Origin: Blepharisma stoltei ATCC 30299
Taxonomy: Eukaryota > Protista > Ciliophora
Assembly: GCA_965603825.1 (NCBI GenBank)
Contig: CBFDEM010000020.1
Coordinates: forward strand, 558,001-622,000
Direction: 5' to 3'
DNA length: 64,000 nucleotides
The position numbers and the translations under genes are program-made. Every line of letters starts with the position of its first letter. The stretch's first letter is position 1. Positions 36,060 to 47,892 of this stretch are shown here, piece by piece. The notes under the pieces are model-generated. The model saw nothing but the letters and a program-made list of their open reading frames with translations, made no database searches and was not told the DNA's origin.

Positions 36060-37179
36060 ATGAAGCCAGGACAACTGTATATTTCTATGTAGAATCGTAA
36101 TGAAGACCATGACTTGGGGCCGGGACTCACACAATTTATTCGACTATGAGTCAAGGAATTGCATCAAAAAGCAATTTCAAACATCAAGCCCTTGCCAAGT
36201 CACTCGCCTAGAGACCGATATCAATTTACTATTTTCTCAGGCAGATCTCAAGCGAGCCAGCTCACATCCCGATATTCTTGCTACTATATATCAAGAAAAC
36301 GGCTCATTTTATATTAAATCCGAAGAAGAGCCGCTCTGGCAGGTTGTAAGATCTTTGAAAACCAGTAGTGGGCCAGGCCATGTACTGCAAAAAGGCGACA
36401 CCATAAAACTAGGAAGAGCTTGCTATAAAATAAAAGATCTGAATTCTGGCAATGACGACTCTTCAAGTGATCGGACACAAGAAAGCGAAGAAGAGTCAAC
36501 AAATGAAATTCCTGAGGAGTATGAAAATGGCGTCTGTAGAATCTGCTTCTGTGAAGGCGAGCCTGGGAATCCTCTTATCGTACCTTGCAACTGTACTGGG
36601 TCTGTAAAGCACATTCACTTGCAATGCTTGCAGAAATGGCTGTCTTACCATATGTCATCTAAGCAGTGCGAAAATTCTGCAGTTTATCACTGGAAAACAA
36701 TTGAGTGTGAGTTATGTAAAGGCGTATTTCCATTTAGTTTAGGTATAAAAGGAAAAGATTACAATTTATTCCAAGTGGAAAAACCAGATATTCCTTATAT
36801 TGTTCTTGAAGCAGCTGGCCAAAACAAAGGAAATGAAAAAGGAGCGCATGTCATTACTTTTTCGCAGCAGTCCTCAGTTATATTGGGAAGGGGACATGAG
36901 AGTGATGTCAGGATCGCTGATATTTCAGTTTCCAGGTGTCATGCAATTATAAAGTATGAAAAGAATCAATTTGTCTTAGAAGATAACAACTCGAAATTTG
37001 GGACATTGCTGCAAGTAGCAAGGCCGATAGAAATTCCACTGAATAATACAGTTGCATTACAAGCTGGAAGGACAGTGATGGCTTTATCTTTAAAAGCAAG
37101 CAGCTCAAATATCAGTGCTCTATATGATGCGTCACTGGATGAGGCTGAACATTATGCTCCTCACAAAAGGTCTCTATAG
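36060..37179 (+). CDS. FHA-like plus RING-CH (RINGv) plus FHA E3 ligase, ~367 aa
   Basis: TWGRDSHNLFDYES N-terminus; GDTIKLGR; CRICFC...PCNCTGSVKHIHLQCLQKW...CELCK; GRGHESDVRIADISVSRCHA...SKFGT; ATG 36060 with 16-nt intron 36077-36092. Confidence 0.9.
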
Positions 37180-37497
37180 TAGTGATTTTAATGATATAAT
37201 TTAGTTTATTATCCTCTCTATACGCTTTATTCTATATAATTTAAAAAAATTTGAAAGCAAGTTTGCATTCCACCTTCAGTTAGGAAGTCTGAGATACTTG
37301 AAAGGTTTATAAAATCCTATAAATCCCAAAATTTATTAAAAACAAAATATAACTGTAATAATCAATTCGTTTGTAGCTTGTAAGCTACTTGAAAACTTAA
37401 CAGGGTAGTGATAAGCTATATTGTCTCTTAAAATCAGTTAGAAGGAAGGAAAAATTAAGCTCAAGATATTTATTGTATAAACTTAAAAACATTTAAA

Positions 37498-38496
37498 ATG
37501 GAGCATGGAAATGTGCGAATTCGACCTGTGACTCCTCGAGTTATTGAAAGCCGGCAAGAAGACTCTCCAGATGAGTATGACATTCAAAAGCTTTTATCAA
37601 AACTAGCAAACATTTCGGTTTCTTCTTTTCAATCAATCAAAAGGCTTGAGTTGTGCATCAACACCGATGAAGTGCCTCTGCATAAAATTAGTGAAGAGTG
37701 TCCACAGCTCACAGAACTGAAATTAAATGGAAGTTCCTTAGAATCACTGAGAGATCTTGGCACTGGGTGGAATGAATTAACAATTCTATGAGTTGTTCGA
37801 ACAGGATTGGTGGAATTCGAAGGGATTTCTGCATTCCCCAAGCTTTCTGAACTTTATGCAGCGTTTAATGCAGTTACCGATTTGTCCTGCTTGATGTTTA
37901 ATGATACTCTGCAAGTCCTCGATATCGAAGGAAACCAAATCGGCGAGTGAAGTCAAATCGAGCAGCTAAAATACTGTGATCAGCTCTGGTCTCTTAATTT
38001 AGAAAGCAATCCAATAGTTAAGAACTTAGAATATCGGTCGAAATGCTTAGAAATGCTTCCACAGTTGCAGATTTTAGATGATAATCCAAGAGAGGCAACT
38101 GTGAGTGCACAAACTGAGACAAATTTTAATATAGATAGCAAAGAACCAGACGAGCTAGAACTAGTAACAAATTCGGTTAGAGAATCAACTCCCAAGCGGA
38201 AACAAGCAGAAATAAGGCCGAAAAGTGCAAACCCAATGTTCAGAGACGAAGGAGTTAGCCATCTAACAGAAGAAATTTTTAGCGGAAATCCGCTAAAAGC
38301 AATGAGGTATAGAAGGAACAGACTGTTTCAAGATAGAGCTAATTTTGATATTATGACTCTTATTAAAGAATTCAAAGTAGAAAACACCAAAGACTTCAAG
38401 CCTGTCCATGTTCCTCAAATGGTAAGAAGAACAAGAAAAGTAATGGCGAGGGAAAGGTTTACAGCAGATTATGAGACTAAAAAGAATGAAATGTAG
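37498..38496 (+). CDS. LRRC56: LRRC56/ODA8-like ciliary leucine-rich repeat protein, ~332 aa
   Basis: LTELKLNGSSLESLRDLGTG...IL-W(TGA)-V.RTGL...LSELYAAFN.VTDLS...LDIEGN closely follows LRRC56; ORFs joined across two TGA codons. Confidence 0.82.
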
Positions 38497-38576
38497 CTGA
38501 ATTATAGTTATCTATATCAAGTATTTTGAGTTCTATTTAATTTCACAATTTTTAAATTATCGCTTTGAATTTGTGC

Positions 38577-40016
38577 TTATTTTCTGTTCATTGATGCGAC
38601 AAATTCATCAAAGTCGACATAGCCGTCCTTATTACTGTCAGCTTCTGTTATGATATTTCTCCATTCTTCCTCAGAAACTTTATTTTTATAGTCAAGAACC
38701 TTTTTCAGGTCACTTTCTGCTATTTTTCCTTGAGAATTGATATCCAAATTTTTAAATATTTCAAACAAATTGTCTTTTGAAACGTACTTTGACTGCTCCA
38801 AACATAAAGTTAGAAATTCTGAATATGAAATTGTTTCTGAAAGCTCAGCGATTTTGCTGATTAGCCGATCTACATCGCCATGAGCATTCTTTATTCCTTC
38901 TACATGAGAAAATCCTTCCAGTAATTCTTTTTTACTTATAATTCCATCTCTGTTTGTGTCGAAAACTTGAAAAGCTTTGATGATTTCCTTTTCATCATCA
39001 GGCTCTATTGTCTGACTTATATATTCAGATACTACTTGAGAGAGCCCTGTTTGAGATTCATACTTTCTCAGTTTTCCAATAATACCAGATATACCTGAAT
39101 CCTTTTTGTTCGCTTGTACAAGTCATGGGTGAGTTAATGCTATAGAGGCTGAAATCCTAGCTATAGGGTCAATTTCAAGTAAATGCTGAAGCAAGAGAAT
39201 AGCTTGTGAAGAAATTCCTTTTAATTCTTTTAAATTCAACTGAAAAGGTCTTGTTTTTATTTCTTCAACGATTTCGATATCTGATTTACCTTCGTAAGGG
39301 ATATTGCCTGTGAGAAGGATGTACATTATCATTCCACAGCTCCATTCATCGCACTTTTCATTATAGTATCCCCTAATCATTTCTGGCGACATAAAGTATG
39401 AAGTCCCTTGCTGTCCCATCATCTTTTGCCCAGTAAGGAATGTGGATTTTCCGAAACCAACTAATTTAATATGCACTAGAGAGCCATCTTCAATTAAAAT
39501 ATGATTAGGGTCAATATTTCGATGTGCAATTCTTTTACTATGGAGATACGCAACCGTTGATAATATTTGTCTCATAATTATAGAAATTTTTTCTTCAGTT
39601 TCTTGAAATTCTCTAAGTTTATTAGTAAGCCTTTCTCCTTCACAGAAATCCATCACAATATAATGATAATCACCTGTTTCATTAAGCCCATAGCATCGTG
39701 GCAAATTTGGGTAATCAAGAACTTGCCAGACCTTAATTTCTTTTGGTCTTTCGATATTTTGATTTAATTGGTTCTCTGATTTGTTTTTGGAAATTCGCTT
39801 CAATATTCTTAACATTCTTGTAGATTTGTCTAAACATTTAAAAACTTCAGAGCGGTTGCTGCTTGAAATTAAAGTTACATCGGTAAAGGCTTCCAATGGA
39901 TCTTCTTGACGAATATTTAGAAGGGATTTAGGAATAACTTTTGAAACTGATAAGCTACTTTCAGACATTTTCATTGGAGCTGTAGCTCTTTTTGACTTGC
40001 TTTTAGTGCAGCCCAT
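38577..40016 (-). CDS. CDPK-like pseudokinase with EF-hands, ~479 aa
   Basis: MGCTKS; kinase fold with HRNIDPNH and LVGFG in place of HRDLKPEN and DFG; THP-W(TGA 39123); EF loops DTNRDG, DINSQG, DSNKDG. Confidence 0.85.
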
Positions 40017-40743
40017 ATTTTATATGTGTTCAAAAACAAAATTAAAATCCATTACTTTTCCGTTTTTGCCTGAAAAAATTATAGAAAAGCACATATATTA
40101 CACTAGTGATTTATAAAATCAGCCTAGGCTTGTTAAATTAAAAATATTCATATATATTAGCAATGTAGAAAAAGTTTAATAATATTCAATTTTTGATAAA
40201 AGAGGTTTTGTTGTATTCCAATTTTATATTAAAAAGCATCTTCGATCAGTTTTAATAATTTTTTTAATAAAAGTTAAAAGCTAAATTAATTTAATGCGTT
40301 TTTATTAATGAGTTTTAATAAGTTAGAAGTTTCAAGAAAAAATATATCGTAAAAATGAGTTAACTATAACTGAAAGTTCGTGCTATAAGCCCTTAAATCT
40401 TTGAGTTTTTGAAGACCACTGGCAAATGATCAAGATTTAGTGATAGAGTCTGCCTTATTAGCCGAAACTTAAACTGTCTATAATCAGAATATTCCTAAAA
40501 TTGAATGAATTATATTTTCATTTTATATTTATTTGGATAATTACGCACCAAGCAGAATATATAGTATCATTAAAAGAGATTTAATTTGTGCATCCCTTGA
40601 AAATTCATTGATTTTCAAAATATCAGAGGTGCAAATATATTTAGTAATAGCAATAAAATATGTCGACTTGTGAAAAATTAGATATATGATGCCTACTCAC
40701 AGCGTTTAAATTATTTATTAATATATCCAAAATTATACCTCTT

Positions 40744-41520
40744 TTAAAGAGGAGAATCGGCTTCAGTGCTTTCATATTCGCTTGACATCCACATATCGTT
40801 AATTTTTATTTGAATTTTCTCTAAAACGTGGTCTAATATTTGAAGATCAAAAGGATATTCCTTTCCAACAATTTTTAACCACTCTGCTTTAAATTCTCTA
40901 ACCCTAAATTTATCAAATGCACAGCAAATTGATGCTAAAGCAAGCAAAAAAGGCTTCTTAAATGCTAAATCTGTATCCAAATAGCATAATGCTGCATATG
41001 AATCAGCATTTTCTATTATACAGGAACAGTCGAAGTCTTGGCAAGTGCAAGCCAGTATATGTCTTATTATTTCAGACGCGGTAGGGATATCGAGTTTCCA
41101 AGCTAGAGTATTAAGTACGAACAATTCAGTTTGAATAATTGCTTCAATAGGAAACACCTTTTTACAAATTTCATACATTTGTGTTGGGTTTAGTTCTTTA
41201 ATATGTTCATATTTAAATGCAATGTTAAGTGCGACGATGCCAACTAGTCTCAAAACTTTTACGTGAGAGATGGATTTCAAAGACAGAAAAGAGTCAAAAT
41301 ATCTTATGCAATATTGAATTGAGTTGGATGTGCCACCCAAATAATCATTAACTTGGAAAAGCCAAAGAAGGACTTCATATCGGTCTTGAGGTTTAATTTT
41401 TTCATTTTGAGTTTTGGTGAAATAAAAACTTATGTCAGGATATTCCTAGATAGACTTTACCTTTGATAAAAGGTGAAATAATGTTTCTTTTGAGTAAGAG
41501 TGGGTGTGGTCTTTATTCAT
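40744..41520 (-). CDS. cyclin (cyclin N and C domains), ~253 aa
   Basis: ATG 41520; intron 41446-41460; cyclin box DRYEVLLWL...YFDSFL...LVGIVALNIAFKYE...TELFVLNTLAWKLDIPT. Confidence 0.88.
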
Positions 41521-42270
41521 TAAGTTTTAAGGTAATCAAGGGCGCAGAAATATGATACTGTAAAAGCTGCATAATTGCCATTAATTTATGCTTATGCTAA
41601 GTAAAGTGCGCCGCGTCAAATTTTATGTATTTGAAATATTATGGGTGCTGGCTTAGAACTGTTTTGCGAGCAATATAAAAACTTTCGAAAAATTTCAAAT
41701 TATAATCCATTAAAATGGTCGCCACTATAATAGCTTAGCTTATTTAGTCAAATTGCTTATTACAAGATTAATTAAGATAAATTTTAAATGCGATAATTGG
41801 TCAATAAACTGGTAGATATTTATAAAGTTAATTAATAAAGATCATAGATATATTTTAGGATGATAAAGCTGCATTAACAATCGCTATCTTTTGAATCTAG
41901 ATTTTCGAAAAAATTATCTTAAAAGATTTTCCTTTAATTTGCAGATCAAATTCGGATAATAGTTATTTTTTCTAATCAATTTTTAAAACAACTAATTAAT
42001 ATCTGCAGAAGCATTTGCTGAAAAAATAAATCTGAAAATTTATTTCCAAGAGTCAAAGCATAAGAAATAATCACAAAAATGGAGCTTCATATAAGCATAT
42101 TTTAATTTAATTAAGTTTATATTTCAATAAATATGAATATAGTATTATAAAGCTTAATCAGATCTTATAGGAACTATTTAAAAATTTCAAAACAACTATA
42201 ATATTTTATTTGATTAGAAATATAATTTCGTAATTATGATAAGAAAGTTCGCAATTAACTAAGATAAAAA

Positions 42271-42341
42271 TGGTTCTACTGAGAATTGAACTCAGATCTC
42301 AGGATTCAAAGTCCTACGTGCTACCACTACACCATAGAACC
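42271..42341 (-). tRNA. tRNA-Gln(UUG)
   Basis: Reverse complement GGTTCTA TGGTGTAGTGGTAGCACG TAGGA CT-TTG-AA TCCTG AGATCTGAGTTCAATTCTCAG TAGAACC A, followed by a T5 terminator. Confidence 0.95.
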
Positions 42342-42419
42342 TTAGTAAGAAAACATTTCTCTGATATTTACTTATACAATAATTAATATTCCATTTATTT
42401 GTTCATTGTATTAAAACAT

Positions 42420-42835
42420 TTGCATCTAAGGCATCGAAATTTGCCAAGTTTAATAATAGCAGAGAGCTATTGGATTTATACACAGGATAAGAGCCGGATT
42501 CAATTTCAGAAGAGAGCATAGAAAAAATAGTGAAACAATATCCAAAGTACGAGTCAATGAGGTCAAAACTTTGGGGAGGCTGGAACAGATAGAGTTCGAA
42601 TGGGTGAGAGACAACTGAGTCAAGAAAGAAATATACAGTGAGGAATTTGAAAGAGAGATGCAAGCTTGGAGGGAATAAAGCAAAATGCAACATATCGCAA
42701 GAGTCGACCTGGAAATTAAAAATTTTTCATTAGGAACTTGTAGCTGAAATTAACGAGAGAAATGGAAAGAAAGTACAGGGAAAGTCAAGGGGAGGATTCA
42801 AGCAGCTAAGAATTGGCATGTGGGCTAAAAAGTAA
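42420..42835 (+). pseudogene. possible degenerate coding remnant of unknown origin
   Basis: Purine-rich, higher-GC block that reads as charged helical peptide in shifting frames with scattered TAA/TAG; no intact gene. Confidence 0.3.
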
Positions 42836-42987
42836 TATAGGACTGCAATTGGGGAGCCCCATTTAATTTAAGTGTAGAAAAGTGTATCAAAACATTTAAT
42901 CCTATTTTCCTTATTAAATATACATTATTTTTAGTTATAATAATAGATTCGCATAGTTTGGTATCCTTTAACCAAAGGTTAATCGAT

Positions 42988-43743
42988 TTATAGTCTTCGA
43001 ACGGAACGTTGCATTGAAAGTATGAGCATCTTTTTCTCTTTTTTGAAAGGGCTTTGATAAAATTTCTTTGGGACTGACAGAAATTCAAATCTTGATGATC
43101 TTTTAGATTTCTTAGGTCTATACTTTCTTGGTAGCTTTGGAAATTCAAATGAAGAAACAGAGTAAGAAGGAGTCATTTTTGGGGAGTGAGTTCGTGTTCG
43201 AATAATGGAAGATTTAAATATATTACTTTCCTCAGTAAATGCATATGCATAATCTTTTGGAGACTTAAGTTTATCAATCATTGATTTATTGACGACAAAA
43301 GTTTTTTCTCGGTTTGAACTTAGATTTTCTTTTAGGCGGCGTAGAGATCCAGGCGATTTATCGAGGACACTTCTCCAAAGAGACTTTGATGCAGAGAAAT
43401 CATTTGAATTGTTTCCCTGATATCAAGGACCTATGTCATGCTTTTTCTCAAAATATCCAGAGCTCATTTTAGGCTCAGCAAGATCTCTAATGTAGCTTAC
43501 TTCTGTATTTGTTTGAGTTTCTTGAGTTTTTGGATTATTTTGAATTGTGTTTAGGGTAGCTGGAGAAGTCTCTGATTCTTTATTGACTTCAAATCAACTG
43601 CTTTGAGATTTTTCTTCTTTTAATCAGCTGAAATCAAAATCTCTATTATTAAATCTATTTTTCTCCAAAGGAGTTTTCTTATTCTGGCTGAATAGCTCAT
43701 CTAGTTTTATTTTTCTCTCTTGTCTAATCTGAAGTTTTCTCAT
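42988..43743 (-). CDS. hypothetical basic Ser-rich protein, ~251 aa
   Basis: ATG 43743 is in frame with ORF 42988..43281; only three TGA codons intervene. Confidence 0.7.
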
Positions 43744-44039
43744 AATAAATAATATAAACTCACCTTGAAAAATTAAAAATAAATAGAATCTTAAACACTA
43801 ATTTATATTTTCAAATTTTAAAAGAAATTACAGTTTTGCGGCGAATTTCTTATCAAAACATTTTTCATTTAATCTTCCAAGAATCTTCCATTTATTTTTA
43901 TAAACATTGAAGTTTTATTTAAAAGTTTGACGATAATATGATGTTCTTCTATGGAACTCGTAAAATTTATCAAAGTTTAGAATAAATTGTAATTTAAAAG
44001 AAATAATATTTAGATTTAGGACAGTTATATATTACAAAA

Positions 44040-47000
44040 ATGTCAAATAATGGAAAAGCCTTTAATAGACCGAAATCTTCAAGTACCTCAAATCTTCATA
44101 GAAAAGTAATTTCTATCTAGAAACCTTGGGACGAACGATTCTGACTGGGAAAACTTGCAGAATATGAGACAGAAAATGATCCCAACCGTATTATATAAAT
44201 AGAAAGAGAAATCCTCTCACGTGGAAATGAGTCTCAAAGAAACATAAGAATTCCAAGAATTGACCCTTTTTCTCCAGGACAAAGTCCAGATAGAACCCCT
44301 GTAAATGGCCGACGTCGATTGAGTTCTGAAGAATCTGTTACATCTTTGCTGCAATCAATCGAAAAAGAATGAGAGAAGCAAGGAATTCCTCAACCCCAGC
44401 GAGAAATGTTTAGAGTCTGTGTTTTTGGCATTCCAAGGCACAAATTAATCGCTGTAATAAACAAAGAAATTGAAGAACTGCAACAAAACAGAGCCCCAGT
44501 TCAACTTGCTTTGAGAGCAGTAGCTGCTAGAGAAGAAAGCCTCAGAAGCATCAAAGAAATGAATGAATATCTTGAAAGGGCTAATGATTGAGAAAAAATG
44601 AAAGATGTCCAGCTAGAAGCTGCAGAACTGTTGCATGCCCATCGAATGTTAAGTCTAAGCGCTGTTGAAACAATTGTCAGATGAAGAGAACAGCTAATGA
44701 ATGAAATGCTGATAAATAATTCTGAAAATGCGAAAAAAATAAAAATTTTGCCATTTTTTTGAGAAGGTTGGAACTATTTGGCAAAAATGAAATCAGATAT
44801 GGACTTTTTATTATACACAGACTATGCCAAAATTTTTCAATTTAAAGAATCTCTTGATCCAATGCTCATTAATCCAAGCATCCCAGGAAAAAAGAAGTCA
44901 AGTAAAGCTAAAGATAATTATTTTGTCGCAGACGGACAAGTATTGATACCTATACCAAGTGTCCTAATGAAGCGAGTGAAATGAGCTGAATCAATTATTT
45001 TAGATGAGCCAAATATTGAAGAAGAAGTTTTAGCATCCAAAGAACAAACTATCAAAGATCCAGACTTTAATAATCTTCCTCAAGCAATCATGCTTGAACT
45101 CTTTGAAGAAGGATTTGTCCGTGAGCTTGAAGACGCTGTCAATATTGCAAGAAATATGGAAATGAGCAGGCTAAATGAAATTGCAAGCAAGAACATCTGT
45201 GAAGAATTAGCAAAACAAGTAGCCTCTGAAATGTGTGAAGAGGTCGGTAAGCAGCTCTATAATGAAACTGCCCAAGACATCCTTGAAAAATACTTTGCAG
45301 CAAAATTAGAAAAAATGATCGATCTTGAAATAAATCAAATGTACTCAGCAATCGCTAAAGAAGAGCTTAAAAATGCAAAAGAAGAAGTAAAAATGGATAA
45401 AAAATTAAAAAAAGCCAGAAATGAAGAGAATATTGCATTATCAAAATTAATTTTCCAGGATTTGCTAGATGAAGCTCCTGATGCTTTAATTGAAGTTGCA
45501 TTTGCAGAATCTATAGATGAGCTTAATAAAAAGAAAATAGCAGACGAAGAACAAAAAGTTGCGATGCAAGCCAAAATTTCTGAATCCCTTGAAAAACACT
45601 TTACCACAAAATTAGATAAAATAATCAGCGAAGAAGTTTTCAAACAAGTTGAAGCAATTGCAAAAGAGGAGTTCAAGCTTGCAAAAGATGAAAGGCAAAA
45701 TGCCTCAAAATCAGAAAAGTTTTTTGAAGATGAACTATCAAGACAGCTCGAAGCAATTGTGAAAGAAGAATTAAAAATCGCTAGAGATGAGAAACTGGGT
45801 GTCACGATGGCAGAAAAGCTTGTAGATGATGAAATCTTAAGACAAATAGAGGCAATTGCAAGGGAAGAGGTTAAAATTGTCAAAGACGAGAAAGAACGAT
45901 TTTCAAGGGTAGATAAACTTATTGAGGATGAAATTATTGGCCAAGTTCAAGCTATTGCAAGAGAAGAGCTTAAATTGGCTAAAGATGAAAAAGAGCGCTT
46001 TGCGAGGGTCGATAAACTTATTGAGGATGAAATTTTAAGCCAAGTTGGAGCTATCGCGAGGGAAGAACTTAGGATTGCCAAAGAGCTAAAACAAAGCAAT
46101 GCAAAAATAGATAAACTCATTGAGGATGAAATTTCGAAGCAAATTGAAGCAATAGCAAAAGAAGAACTTAAAGCTGCTAAAGATGAAAAGCAACGCTTTG
46201 CTAGGGTAGATAAACTCATTGAAGATGAAATCTTAAGCCAAGTCGGAGTTATTGCAAGAGAAGAGCTGAAGCTTGCTAAAGAAGAGAAAGAAAGGTTTGC
46301 AAAAGTTGACAAACTGATTGATGGTGAACTTTTAAAGCAAATAGAAACTATTGCAAGAGAAGAGCTAAAAGCAGCCAAAGAAGATAAGCAAGACAATTTA
46401 CTGACAGATAAGATAATTAATGAAGAAATTCTAAGACAAGTCGATGCTTTGGCAAAAGAAGAGTTTAAGATTGCAAAGGAGCAAAAACAAAAAGAAATGG
46501 AAGAAAAAAAGGCAAAGGAGGAAACTAAAGGCCCAAAGGAGCAGAAGCCAAAAGAAATTGAAGATAAAAAAGCAAAAGCAGCTGAAAATGCCGCTCTAAG
46601 TAAAATATTTACACAAGAAATCTTGGAGAGCTACTTGGAGGCGATGGAAAAGGAGTATTCTCAATGAATCAATGAAGAGCTTGGAGAGCGAGAAAGAAAG
46701 TTTACAAGGGACATGACCCGACAGACAAGCATAAAGGCCAGGGACTTAATGGATTTTCAAGTAGCAGAAGCCATATCAAGAAATCTGATTGAAATTGCAG
46801 TAAATGATCTTAAACTAGATCAACTAAGTGAATCTGCATTAAAAGAAGCCATTGAACTGCGCAAAAAGACAACAAAAGATGAAGAAGCTTTAAAAAGGCT
46901 CCAAGAAAAAGAAAAGTCTGTGATGAATGAAAAAATTTGCAAAATTATATGCGAAGAATTAATTGATGAAATGGCTAGTACTGAAAAAATGAAAGTTATG

Positions 47001-47759
47001 GCTGAAAATATGATTGCAGCTGTACAATCAGAAAGGAAAAAATCAGTGCTGATGCCAAAACAAAGCCTAACCAAGGTAGAAACAGTTGAAGACCCTGAAG
47101 ATTATGGGAATGAGAACTTCACACCAGGCATACACAGCCCTAACGACTATTCTGTAAATTCTGAAGAGGAAGAAGAAAAAGATTTCTCAACAAGCAGCAA
47201 TTATATAATTGAAGGCTTAGGTCTAGATTTCGCAACAATTGATATGTTCAGAGATCTAAGCGGAATTGTTTTTCAACCATTAGGAGTGAAGCGTAACCAA
47301 ATCGTTCACGTTCTCAATGAATACTATAGATTTGTACCATCACTGAACCGTATAATTATCCCCGATATCGATCATTTATTAGATGAATTAGTCACTGGAA
47401 ACGATTTAAATTGGTATTGGGCAATTAAAAATGATAGAATTTTTGGAATGGTTGTGTACTCATTGGACTACGAAAGCTCAAGTACAAAAAACCTGATCAT
47501 TCATCATTTTTCGTGCTTATATGAAAGATCCTTTAGGCAGTTAGCTGAGCTCGCTATGGTATTTTTATTCCAAAAAGAAACTTGTGATGAGGTGAGGTAT
47601 CATTTATTGACACCTCCTGGAGCTGAACTTCAAATAGAGTATAAGAAGATCTTTTCAGATCTCAGCTGCCACTGGAGAGCACACAGATTTGTCCAGGAAT
47701 ATAACGCTGAAATAGTGGTAATGGGTCGAGAGCGAAATGAAAAGCCTGCGAAAAGATAA
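44040..47759 (+). CDS. large protein with globular N-domain, 9 x 33-aa helical repeats and C-terminal alpha/beta domain, ~1229 aa
   Basis: ATG 44040; introns 44106-44120 and 44188-44202; all downstream ORFs share one frame separated only by TGA; motif VETIVR-W-REQL...PFF-W-EGWNYLAKMKSDMDFL. Confidence 0.82.
45615..46505 (+). repeat. intragenic tandem repeat, 99-bp / 33-aa unit, about 9 copies
   Basis: GATAAACT recurs at 45912, 46011, 46110 and 46209; consensus DKLIEDEILxQvEAIAREELKxAKDEKxRFAxV. Confidence 0.92.
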
Positions 47760-47892
47760 AGTTTAATAGTGGAGTAAATGTAACTAACAAATTCAAATAT
47801 ATATCATAATCAACATTAATTGTAAAATTCAGTAGAGTTAATGATTCTTTATAATATATTATCCCTTTGCCATCTTAATTTACAAAATAAAT

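Noticed and set aside
43487-43500. GTAAGCTACATTAG (minus strand) as an intron
   Set aside because: It is 14 nt, and removal would break an otherwise continuous frame.
45615-46505. Regularly spaced repeats as a possible CRISPR array
   Set aside because: Whole 99-bp units are homologous and in-frame coding; no unique spacers; eukaryotic context.
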